A DNA stretch of 64,000 nt from Octopus sinensis (lineage: Eukaryota). The stretch lies in the NCBI RefSeq assembly GCF_006345805.1, contig NC_042998.1:156550001-156614000 (forward strand), read 5' to 3'. The notes beneath the pieces are model-generated. The model made no database searches. It was not told the origin of the DNA and saw only the letters and a list, made by a program, of their open reading frames with translations. A program made the translations under genes and the position numbers. Below are positions 1 through 10,919 of this stretch, one piece after another (positions within the stretch are counted from its first letter, which is position 1; each line of letters starts with the position of its first letter).

Positions 1-2101
1 CATTGACTTAGGTATAATGATTCGGGATCCATCCATCAGGATTCCATTCTCCACTGATATATCATCATGGATGGCTCAATATTCACGAATTAGGGGCTGC
101 ACCTGATGTCTCTTTTCTGGCCACCCCTGAATCACCATCTGAGTAAGGAACTGAAGTTCTTCATCTTTGCTGGTCTCCTCTTTGATTTCTGCTAGCTTTG
201 TGGTTGTCACATTTACAATGTGGTGGACCTTTTTGCTTAGTCCTTCCATCTCCTGTTTGTTTGTGATTGGTGGTCGGTCTTTGATAGGCATATCACTGTC
301 AATCCTGCTTGGCGCTGCTTTCACTTCAGCATTGATTGATACAATATTTAACCTCATGCAGGTATCGAGTCCAAGAATTGCTGGCCCTTCTGTTCTTGTG
401 ACATAAAAAGAACACTTAATTATTTTTTCCCTTTGTGTGTCCCTGTGATAGTTGTTTTACCCAGTTGTGGAATCCTGGTACCTCCGCAATTCTTGGACTC
501 GATACCTGCAGGAGGTTAAATATTGTATCAATCAATGCTGAAGTGAAAGCATCGCCAAGCAGGATTGACAGTGATATGCCTATCAAAGACCGACCACCAA
601 TCACAAACAAACAGGAGATGGAAGGACTAAGCAAAAAGGTCCACCACATTGTAAATGTGACAACCACAAAGCTAGCAGAAATCAAAGAGGAGACCAGCAA
701 AGATGAAGAACTTCAGTTCCTTCTTTGGCTTTATCCTCTTTTGTCATGTGATGTGGGAACATCTTTTTGTAGAGGTTGACAGGTAAGATATCACTCTGGG
801 CTCCAGTGTCAATCTTTAGCCTTAAGTCTATGTTTATTCTTTTCCTTCCGGCCTTCTTTTGAATTCTTATTGTCGTGTATGCTTCATCTTTTTTCTTCCG
901 GTCGTCCTTTCCCATCTCATGCACATTTATTGTGCCGACTGCCAAGAATTCCTCCTCTGAGGTGTTTTGTTCCTGTTGTTGTGCATGTATATCTCTTCTA
1001 TTTCTGCTCCTCTTTGAAAATTGGGGCTTGTTTTTCTGGAATTTTATTAGCCTACACATTTTTTCCCAGAGGTTAAGTTTTCTACATGCTTTGCAGTGTG
1101 TACCGAATGCAGGACATTTCTCTCGGTTATTGAATTCATGCTCCATACCATAGTACTGGCATGTTCTTTGTTTGCGGGTATCTTTCGTCCTATGCCTAGA
1201 TACAATATCTACACTGCTGCCTAGTGAGCTTGTTTGTAAGCTAAGTGAGGCCATTTGTTTAATAGTAGCTTCGAATGCTCTTGCAGTGTCTATTGCTTCT
1301 ATCAACTGGAGAGCGTCCTTACCTATGAGGGATTTCTGAACTTCCTTATGAGCACACCCCCATTCTTTCGTCCTTATCTTTGAATTTGCATTTTTCGGCA
1401 ACATTCTTTAGTCTGGACAGGAAATTGTCAATCGTTTCTTGTGGGTCTTGTTTCAGGCCCTGGAATTCGTATCTGTGAATTCTATGGTTCGATCTGGGCT
1501 CTAGGTGCCTTTCGAATTTCTCCAAAAGTGTTTCTGGGTTATTGCAGTCCGATTCTGACATATCCCAGCTATTGAATAGGTATATTCCTTTATTGCCTGA
1601 CCATAAGAGGATATAGCTTACCTTCTCATCATCAGTTGTGCCTTTCAGGAAACTTTTGAAAGCCAGTTGAGTTTTCTGTTTGAATTTTTTAAATGCTTCT
1701 ACGACAATAAACGGAATCCCAATTCATAATCGGATGTAGATTCATCTGTACGGCGACGGGGGTCGCCATCTTGGATCGTCGTGTATGTTGTCCGAAGAAG
1801 ATGCGATGTTTTGTTTGTTAATTTCTGGTTCGTTGTGTTTATGTTTCGTTGTAAAGGCACAGTTTCCGATTAATTATTTACCGCTGCCACCATGTTGTGT
1901 GTAGTTTGTGTTCTAATGGGATAGACAACCAAATGAAAGCCATTGTTATTGTTTACGTGTTTATTGACTTTTCATGTTACACCGACTCGACCTTCAGCAT
2001 AGTAATACATTATATACTTTACACACAGTTTGTACTATTCACTAACAAAATAGTGCCAAGAGTGGGGATGCACGTATACACATAGATATGAATGTGTAAC
2101 A
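1..2101 (-). mobile_element. Ty3/Gypsy LTR retrotransposon copy 1 (Mag-like), RT/RNase H deleted, 3' part outside the window
   Basis: 5' LTR 1893-2101 (TG..CA) matches the LTRs at 10920 and 32899; PBS TGGTGGCAGCGGT (reverse complement at 1880-1892); gag with CCHC knuckles, protease KIDTGAQ, then direct junction to the post-RNase H/integrase region at about 256-258. Confidence 0.95.
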
Positions 2102-2490
2102 GTATTGTTTGCTCACTTGTTTTCCAATACTTGAAAGGCAATGTGACGTTTGTGATTTCGAAGCATAAATCAACACTAAAGTCTACCAATAATTTTTGTT
2201 AAATAAATGACTAAATTTATAAAAATAAATACTATTAAACTGGAGTGATAATTATTATTTTCAGATTTTAGCTCTTCTCATTTCTTGACCAAAAAAGAAA
2301 GTTAGATTAATAAGTGGGCGAATCTGCATGTATATCCCTCGGCTTTCTTAAGAGAGACAATTTAAAGAAATTCAAGTGTTCATCTTCGTAAGATATGAGT
2401 ATTACCGTTAATTGTCTTTAAAAGGCATGCAAACACATATTATGAAATATATTATAACTGGAGAGTAAACTTACTATTCATCATTTAAAA

Positions 2491-3691
2491 CAGGGGTGGA
2501 CAAACTACGGCCCGCGGGCCGCATGCGGCCCGCCATAGGTTTTCATGCGGCCCGCCGAGAGCTTTATGAATCCCAATTCCAAAATCTAAAAAAATTTGCA
2601 AGAAAGATGTTTGTGTTGTTTGCATCAACTTACATATGTGAGTGGAGGCGCAATGGCCCAGTGGTTAGGGCAGCGGACTTGCGGTCGTAGGATCGCGGTT
2701 TCGATTCCCAGACCGGGCGTTGTGAGTGTTTATTGAGCGAAAACACCTAAAGCTCCACGAGGCTCCGGCAGGGATGGTGGTGATCCCTGCTGTACTCTTT
2801 CACCACAACTTTCTCTCACTCTTACTTCCTGTTTCTGTTGTACCTGTATTTCAAAAGGGCCGGCCTTGTCACTCTCTGTGTCATGCTGAATATCCCCGAG
2901 AACTACGTTAAGGGTACACGTATCTGTGGAGTGCTCAGCCACTTACACGTTAATTTCACAAGCAGGCTGTTCCGTTGATCGGATCAACTGGAACTCTCGT
3001 CGTCGTAACCGACGGAGTGCTTCCACATATGTGAGCAGACTTTCTCCATCATGAAAATTAACAAGGGGAAGAATCTATCACTTCTCACAGACTCAAATCT
3101 TCAGTCAGTGTTAAGAATCAGCACAAGCAACTTGACACCTAATTTTGACAAACTGGTAAATGACAGTAGACAGCTGCATCATTCTCATTGACATTGTTAT
3201 TTACAGAGCCGCTTTGTTTTCAAATAAATGTTTCAGGTGACGTTTCTAATTTCAGATATCAATTCATATTAATAAACTGTTATTTCTCTTTAAAATCTTT
3301 TATTTTGGGTATCCTAGAATTTAAGTATAATATTCATCATGGTGTCCATAATATTAAAAGGTGGTTGTCCACAATTAGTGCAGATTTTACTAGGAAAATT
3401 CCGTTCCTGGCAATTTGTAAGCAATAACAGGCTGTCCAAAATAACCGAGGTTCCTGTAATAATTTCAACTATAGGAGCAAATAACCGAAAAACATGAACC
3501 CGATACTCTAAAAAATAAATTAAATCACTTAAACCAGGAATATTTCACAAAATTTCCTTTCAATCGATTGTGTGTTTATAGGTCTATAACCGCCTTTAAA
3601 AATATTTTCACTTGATTTTTATAAATGAGGCCCGCCAATGTTCCAAAGACGCACTGTGCGGCCCGCGATCAAAAAAGTTCGCCCACCCCTG
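2491..3691 (+). mobile_element. Non-autonomous hAT (Charlie-type) DNA transposon
   Basis: TIRs CAGGGGTGGACAAACT / AGTTCGCCCACCCCTG (2 mismatches in 16), exact 8-bp TSD ATTTAAAA (2483-2490, 3692-3699), internal transposase C-terminus ..FASTYICE/QTFSIMKINK..LRIST.. Confidence 0.93.
2643..3024 (+). mobile_element. tRNA-derived SINE (family A) inserted in the hAT remnant
   Basis: A box TGGCCCAGTGG, B box GGTTTCGATTCC; 11-bp TSD ACATATGTGAG (2632-2642, 3025-3035); second copy at 49213-49596. Confidence 0.92.
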
Positions 3692-3889
3692 ATTTAAAAC
3701 ATTCAAAACTAAGGAAATGATACATTCGGTTTATGTGCATAATCTATATACTTATAGTGATCTCTGACATTATTTTAATTTACATTTAACTCAACAAAGA
3801 TTTTCCTGGAGTGTGTATGGAACAGTCCAATCATAACATAATATACAATGATTTTTGAAGGTATATTATAAACATTTTTGTGCAAAACA

Positions 3890-4060
3890 CGTAGCGAAAA
3901 TGAAACAAAATTATCGTGAGTTTCTGCTTTCAACACCATTTAGTGTCAGATAGATGACATGGCAGAAGATGTTGAAATGCTAGTTGTAGCAACTAAGAGC
4001 ATCAACGCAAAATTTTGCTTTTCAGCTGAAAGAGTCGACTGATGTTTCTAATTATATTCA
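3890..4060 (+). pseudogene. Degenerate hAT (Buster/ZBED5-like) transposase fragment
   Basis: Frameshifted translation ..IDDMAEDVEMLVV../..QNFAFQLKESTDVSNY resembles the DDMAEDV..FALQLDESTDV region of Buster transposases. Confidence 0.6.
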
Positions 4061-4139
4061 ACCGATCTGCTTTTCTTTCTATATTGGTGGCAACTCTGGT
4101 CAACATTTTTTGAAAAGTTGTTTGCTTCTTAAATGAGAT

Positions 4140-5333
4140 TTTTAAATGAGTTTTCCATGAGCCCCAGTTTTGTGTAATAGTGGTAACAAAATTTTGTTTG
4201 GTTCAGTAAGCGGTGAATGTTGAAAATTTTTCATCCCAGGCTCCAATGACTGACTAGGTGGCCAGTCTCTCCTCGTATAGTGGGAACCTCTTGTACGTTT
4301 GTCCCATTCACACAGAAAGCAGCAGTACTTGGCGTATCCACCCTGCAAGCCCATCACAGAGCTGCCATTGATGTTCATCACATCTTATGCATTGCAACAT
4401 ATGGTTTATATTCTCATAAGTTTCTTTCATGTGTGGTGCATAGCCCACAGGAACTTCGCCATTGCCGTTATGCGGCAAGACACCTTTCAGACTCGTTTTT
4501 GATTAATCTATGAACAGCTCCCAGTGTCTAGTGCTTTCATCGGACCATTAATATTGTTGCAGGTCACTAAATCGCAGTCCATTATGAAGAAATCATTGAA
4601 CTACTGCTGACGGTCGCGAAATTTTAAAATTTTCACATCAGATGCTAGGAGATTCCATTGCCTAAGACGAGAGCCAAGCAGCTCTGCCTTATTCATGGGT
4701 AGTTGCAGATCCCTGACAACGTCACGGAGTTCCCCTTGTGTTATGAAATGTGGCCTAGAAGAGTGTGCTTCATCAAAATTTGGGTCACTCTGTAATCTTT
4801 TTCTGCTTCCTCACCACTTTTCTTATCTGACTCGAAGGATACCAAGCTGGTGCATCAGGAACAAGTCATCCTTTTCTGCTTCCTCCTCAGCACTTTCGAA
4901 GGTTACCGAAGTTGGTACATCAGGAACAGGTGGACCTTCTCCATATAGAACTGGGCGAATAGCTGATGGAATGTTTGAACATTCAATAGACTCCTTTTTC
5001 TTCTTTGACAAACTCTTTTGTACTGCAGAAATAGCAATTGTCAGTATGATCTGGTGGCTCCCGCCACGTCATTGTTACAGCAAAAGGTATTATTTTCCTC
5101 TTCCTGTTCAACCATTGGTGACGGTTAATAGCACAAGTGTTGCAGCATATGTGAGGAGCCCAGTTCTTATTCTGGTCACCAATCTTGCATCCAAAATATA
5201 GGTGATATGCCTTTCTAACTATAGCAGTTATACGGCGCTTCTGTGATGCAAAGGTCACCCTACCACAAATGTAGCAGAAGTTGCCTGCCTTATTCACACA
5301 AGTACAAGGCATCTGAAAGAAAAAATACAACAA
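4140..5333 (-). mobile_element. Chapaev3-type (CMC) transposase remnant, 3'-truncated
   Basis: Motifs across frames: CVNKAGNFCYICG, YFGCKIGDQNKNWAPHICC, WREPPDHTDNCYFC, PHFITQGELRDVVRDLQLPMNKAELLGSRL, GLQGGYAKYCCFLCEWD, KLGLM; splice-acceptor-like TTTTTCTTTCAG just before the MPCTC start. Ends not found. Confidence 0.7.
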
Positions 5334-5899
5334 ACAACTAGAAGATAAACAGAAAATTTATTCTTAAATTTATCATTATCATACAAAGCATGACAGCTTA
5401 GCAGAATTATTTATATTATTCAGTAGGAGAATGAAATTAATATAAAATGTCTCACATGCATATCAAAAGCTTGCTCGATGAATATTTATTACAAGTTTTA
5501 AAAAGTGTTTGACTAGGAAAAATCACCTATCTTTCAACTCAGAGTATAAACTTGCACAGCATAACCACCTTCTATTATTGCTAGAACGATACTGAAAGGT
5601 AGTGAGACTGTGAGTGCGGTAAAAAACACACTGCCGCAAGCGTGTTGGAACCTGTTGTGACACGTAGGTGTATCTTGAAAAGCGGAGTTAACAAACGAAT
5701 TTAACCAGGATATTCATTATCAGTGACTTAAAATTTGTTGGAAATTTCTACTCTGGTCTCGGAAGCAGTTTTGTTGTTGACCAGTGTAATCAGCTGAAAG
5801 ATGAGTACTTTTTGTTTTCTATTGAAGTAGCGACCGCTGTGCATGACATTATTCATATGCAATCAACCTCCTTGACAAAGTATGGAATACTGTGAAAAA

Positions 5900-6300
5900 G
5901 GCTAGGATCACTGCCAAAACTCGGAATAAAATCTGGTTTTGTTTCATAGGCAAAAAAGAAAGCTCCTTTGCTTACTTGTGCGCATTGCTCTATTCCCTGA
6001 TAAGTTATCACAACCCAAACTTCTTCCTGTGATGTTTAAAGACGAAAAGACCTGTGTTATATTAGGAATCAGTTTTGGAAATGGTTGAACACTTTACTCC
6101 TACTTGTTCAGAGAGAATTGTAAAGAATTTAGCTCTGAATAAATTGAACTGTTTTTACGAAATGGGATGAGATTCTTGCCTCGCGACAAGATTTTGGACC
6201 TACAATCAGAAATAGCATTTTTTATTTCTTAAAAGCACCCTGAAATCATTCCTTCCGTCACGACAATTTCACTCGCCTATGCTATGTTTACCAGTTTAAG
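5900..6300 (+). pseudogene. Second degenerate hAT (Buster-like) transposase fragment
   Basis: KSGFVS*AKKKAPLLTCAHC and LDLQSEIAFF resemble SGFV..K.AP...HC and ELR.EI..FL; likely continuation of 3890-4060. Confidence 0.5.
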
Positions 6301-7300
6301 CCAATTTCTTCAATGTAGCAAGATTGATTGCTTGGGGATCGAAATTAATGAACAACTGCTCATACTTTAGATGTCAATGACAAATATTTTCCCGAGCGTC
6401 GGTCGTTACAGGAGAAATACCACATAGATAAAGTAACCGAAGAAGCCATTTTTGATACCGGCACTGCAACAGACGAATTCATGAAAGTGAGAAATGTTTC
6501 CGTGACTCTTAGCAAATTTGATATTGTTGAGGCATTACATCTTTCTAGCATCAACAGAAACAATGAGAGACCCAAATTTAACGAATCAGTCTATCGATAT
6601 TCTTCTTCCAGTGTATGGACTTGGGTTCAATATACTACATCGTGTTGGAAACTAGAAATTGGCTTATCCTGAGCGCAGATATGACTCTCAACCATACATC
6701 CAAAATCAGATACAGACAAAACAATTTCATCCATGCCACTAAGATTCAGTCTATAACAGCATGGTGGAGCAAGTACTGAATCATGCTAGAACTGTGCACT
6801 TGTGTTTTGTATAAAACATCATTTTACATTTGTACTCAACAATTTTCTGAATTTTTTCCCCTAAACAACTGTGGTTCTTGGGGCCTCCTTCTTTGGAAAT
6901 ATGCTCATGTTATATACCAATCTATACCAATTCGAATTCAAATTCAACAACCTTCACTTCATCCAACCACAAAAATTATTTACGAAAAGACTAGTTTTGA
7001 TAGTTATATGATATTTATTACTGGGGGTTGGTTAAGACAACTGTTTTAAAATATTTCTTTTTTTCGCTATTTCTCAAATGGATACGACAATAACCAATCT
7101 CTTGCATTCTTTTGCTACAGTTTATTTAATACAGGAACTGTATGATTATAATTCAGAACATAAAATTTGAACTATATTTTATGAAAATCGAAGCACTATC
7201 AAATTTTAAAATAATTTAGAAACATAAATGTTTTATTGATAACCTCAGATATTTAATATTCTTGGAGTGTTAAATATATAGCTAATGAAAATTTATCATT

Positions 7301-7310
7301 ATGACGTCAT
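7301..7310. promoter_or_regulatory. Perfect CRE/ATF palindrome ATGACGTCAT
   Basis: Exact TGACGTCA core at 7302-7309, 246 bp upstream of the phosphorylase ATG; function not shown. Confidence 0.4.
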
Positions 7311-7554
7311 AAAGAAATTGAAAACCCTCCCACTTTCATTTATATGTTAGAACATAAAATACATTAAAGGAAGAGGAATCGGAAGCTAGCCAGTTCTACC
7401 AGTAATTCTTTCGTTTATCAATCTCTACGGTATTTTTTTGACTAATCACTTACATATAGACATATATTTATGCTTTATGTGTTGTGTGTAGAACGTATGC
7501 GAAGGCATATAAATCCAAAATTGTAAAATAATACTTCAACAATCGGTTATAAAT

Positions 7555-10062
7555 ATGGATGAGAGTGCTGTTATGAAAAGACGTATTACGATTCGTGGCA
7601 TTATAGAGAAAGATACTGTTGAGAATATAAAGAAAGCTTTCAACCGCCACATCCATTTCACTTTAATGAGAGATAGAAATGTGGCGACCCCAAGAGATTA
7701 TTATTTTGCTCTGGCGCTGACAGTAAAAGACCAGTTGATTGGGCGTTGGATTCGAACGCAGCAATACTATTACGATGTTGATCCAAAACGAGTTTATTAT
7801 ATTTCTATGGAATTTTACATGGGGAAGTTTTTGAAAAATGCCTTGATTTGTTTGAATAGTCTAGCGAATTATGAAGAAGCGATGAAGCAGTTAAACCTAG
7901 ATTTGAACAGTTTAATTGAACAAGAAGAAGAAGCAGGTTTAGGAAACGGTGGTCTTGGAAGATTAGCAGCTTGCTTTTTAGATTCCATGGCTACAGTGGG
8001 TATCGCTGGTTATGGATATGGAATTCGGTACAATTACGGTATATTTAAACAGTTCATAGAAAATGGATGGCAGTGTGAATCAGCCGACGAATGGCTTCTG
8101 TACGAAAATCCATGGGAAAAACAAAGACCGGAACACAAAGTAGATGTACATTTTGGAGGTCGCGTTGAATTGATTGATGAACGATTTCAGTGGGTTGATA
8201 CCTACAAAGTAATTGCAACGCCATATGACTACCCAGTTTCCGGTTTTGCAAATAATAAAGTAAACACACTTAGACTTTGGTCAGCTAAAGCACCACATAA
8301 TTTCCAAATGCAATTTTTCAATAATGGTGATTATATAAGAGCTGTTTTAGATAGAAATACGGCAGAAAATATCTCCTGTGTCCTGTACCCCAATGATGCT
8401 TTCTTTGAAGGTCAAGAATTGCGACTCAAGCAAGAGTATTTCCTAGTAGCAGCAACTTTACATGATGTTATACGAAGATTCAAAGCTGACATTTATGGAC
8501 GTAGTAAAAAAGGAAAAGCAATGTTCTTTAACCTACCAAAGAAAGTTGCAATTCAGTTGAATGACACCCATCCTGCATTGGCAATACCAGAGTTAATGAG
8601 AATTCTTGTAGATGAAGAATACATTGACTGGGACGCTGCATGGAGCATTTCCTGTCAGACATTTGCTTATACAAATCACACATTAATGTCAGAAGCACTT
8701 GAACGGTGGCCTGTTACCATATTCGAATCATTACTTCCAAGACATTTGCAACTTATTTACCATATCAACCATTTACATTTAGAAAAAGTTGCTAGAGAAT
8801 ATCCCAACGATCCTGATCGCATTCGGCGAATGTCCGTATTCGAGGAATACCCTTATAAGAAAATAAACATGGCATACCTTTGTATCGTCGGTTCACATGC
8901 AGTTAATGGTGTTGCACATCTTCACTCGGAACTGATAAAATCAAGTCTTTTCAAAGATTTCTATGAAATGTCACCCGAAAAGTTTCAAAATAAAACAAAT
9001 GGAATATCCCCAAGACGATGGATTCTCCAGTGTAACACTGCACTAGCGGATGCACTTGTGGACAAAATTAGTAATCAGTGGGTAACTAATTTATCAAGAT
9101 TAAGGGAGATTGAATCATTTATTTATGATCAAGACTTTGTAAGAACTATAATGTCAATAAAACGAGAAAATAAAAGAAAACTCGCCCAGTATATTAAAGA
9201 TCACTATGACAAAACTATAAACGAAGATTCCTTGTTTGACGTTCAAGTCAAAAGGATCCATGAATATAAGCGCCAGTTATTGAACTGTTTGCATGTAATT
9301 ACCAAATACTGTCGTATTAAATACGAAAAACAAAATGTGGTGCCCCGAACAGTTATAATTGGAGGTAAAGCAGCACCAGGATATAAAATGGCCAAACTCA
9401 TAATAAAGTTCATTAACAATGTTTCTCTTGTCATCAACAATGATCCTGACATAGGAGATCAACTTAAAGTAATCTTCCTGGAAAATTATTGTGTATCTTT
9501 AGCAGAACTAGTAATTCCAGCTGCTGAGCTAAGTGAACAAATTTCAACAGCTGGCACAGAAGCTTCGGGAACAGGCAACATGAAATTTATGGCTAACGGG
9601 GCTTTAACAATTGGCACACTGGATGGAGCTAATATTGAAATGGCAGAAGAAGTAGGGCAAGAAAATATGTTTATTTTTGGACATTGTGTTGATGAAGTAA
9701 ATAGAATCAGAGAATCAGGATATGATCCATCAGAATATTATCATGGATCAAATGAATTGAAAAGAGCATTAGATTTAATCAAAGATGGCTATTTTAGCCC
9801 GGAAGACTCTAGCTTGTTTACAGATATATTTAACAATTTGTTTTATAGCGACGAATATTTACTGTTAGCTGACTTCCAGTCATATATGGACGCACAGGAT
9901 CAAGTAGAACAACTTTACAGAAGGCCTGAAGAATGGACCAGAAAAGCAATCCTAAATATTTCTGCTTGTGGGCGATTTTCAAGTGACAGAACAATACGAG
10001 AGTACTCCAGAGATATTTGGAACGCAGAACTATCAGAAACCCTTCTTCGTCCAAACCTCTAG
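7555..10062 (+). CDS. GlyP: Glycogen phosphorylase, animal type, single exon, 835 aa
   Basis: Uninterrupted ORF with [63 protein letters not shown] (PLP lysine K677 = rabbit K680), FSSDRTI; animal N-terminal regulatory segment RRITIRG; Kozak-like AATATGG. Confidence 0.98.
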   Translation: MDESAVMKRRITIRGIIEKDTVENIKKAFNRHIHFTLMRDRNVATPRDYYFALALTVKDQLIGRWIRTQQYYYDVDPKRVYYISMEFYMGKFLKNALICLNSLANYEEAMKQLNLDLNSLIEQEEEAGLGNGGLGRLAACFLDSMATVGIAGYGYGIRYNYGIFKQFIENGWQCESADEWLLYENPWEKQRPEHKVDVHFGGRVELIDERFQWVDTYKVIATPYDYPVSGFANNKVNTLRLWSAKAPHNFQMQFFNNGDYIRAVLDRNTAENISCVLYPNDAFFEGQELRLKQEYFLVAATLHDVIRRFKADIYGRSKKGKAMFFNLPKKVAIQLNDTHPALAIPELMRILVDEEYIDWDAAWSISCQTFAYTNHTLMSEALERWPVTIFESLLPRHLQLIYHINHLHLEKVAREYPNDPDRIRRMSVFEEYPYKKINMAYLCIVGSHAVNGVAHLHSELIKSSLFKDFYEMSPEKFQNKTNGISPRRWILQCNTALADALVDKISNQWVTNLSRLREIESFIYDQDFVRTIMSIKRENKRKLAQYIKDHYDKTINEDSLFDVQVKRIHEYKRQLLNCLHVITKYCRIKYEKQNVVPRTVIIGGKAAPGYKMAKLIIKFINNVSLVINNDPDIGDQLKVIFLENYCVSLAELVIPAAELSEQISTAGTEASGTGNMKFMANGALTIGTLDGANIEMAEEVGQENMFIFGHCVDEVNRIRESGYDPSEYYHGSNELKRALDLIKDGYFSPEDSSLFTDIFNNLFYSDEYLLLADFQSYMDAQDQVEQLYRRPEEWTRKAILNISACGRFSSDRTIREYSRDIWNAELSETLLRPNL

Positions 10063-10434
10063 ATATTTGTAATCAATAACTTCCATTTTTGATTATCTTT
10101 ATTTCAAAATTATTCTCAAATTAGAAAGTACCATAAAAAGTTTTCGTTCACTTAATTTTTGTATTCATTTTATCATCCAGTCACGATCCTTAAAAAAGAT
10201 AGTTAAACTCAGAAAATTATCGTTTTTCTTTTGCTAATGCTTTTCATGACATAACTAGAAACGTTCCTTTTCCTTCCTTGTAATATTCTTTTTCATAAAA
10301 AGGGAACAGATGTAGTATGGTTTTCTTTTTGTTTCATTTTAGTCGTGATCAAACTCCACCATCAACGTGTTTTGTTAAAAAATGTAACATATTCAGTGCT
10401 TCTCTGAATATGTTTAAAAGCTTGTTGCTCGCTT

Positions 10435-10436
<2 letters not shown>

Positions 10437-10519
<83 letters not shown>

Positions 10520-10532
10520 CGTGTGTGCGTGT
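10437..10532. repeat. (TG)n microsatellite
   Basis: Direct reading. Confidence 0.97.
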
Positions 10533-10634
10533 TATTAATATATATAATACGTTTTGTGTTTATGGATACATTTTTGTTGGAGTAACACTTTGGCGTTTGA
10601 AACTGTTGAATTTCTTCCAATTTATATGAGACGT

Positions 10635-10919
10635 TCTCCGGCTCCAACTTTGTTGTATCGCTGCCCACGACGCAAAGGATAAAAAAAATCAGTAAATACA
10701 GGGGGTCTGATAGCGCGCTATCAGTTTGTCCCGGCTGTCTTCGAGGCATAAGGTGTTCTAGGACCTTGCATACCGATTTCCCCCGCAAAGTAGAAATAAC
10801 GGCGATTCGCTGGAGAAATGAACCCTGCGAAGAGGAGTGCCTGCTGCTACGAGTGTCGTTGGCTATTCTCCATGGCAATACCATCGCGGTCATTACCGCA
10901 AGGTGCGGCTGAGCACACC
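10635..10919 (+). mobile_element. CRE-like (RLE-type) non-LTR retrotransposon 3' fragment, continues after the Gypsy at 15695
   Basis: Frameshifted AAHDA..KKISKYRG/LIARYQFVPAVFEA*GVLGP/LLLRVSLAILHGNTIAV..RCG*; homologous copy at 63375-63680. Confidence 0.75.

Noticed and set aside
7555-10062. Bacterial horizontal transfer or contamination as the reason for the intronless phosphorylase
   Set aside because: It has the animal N-terminal phospho-regulatory segment and invertebrate-type sequence (IYHIN.LH) and is flanked by host repeats.
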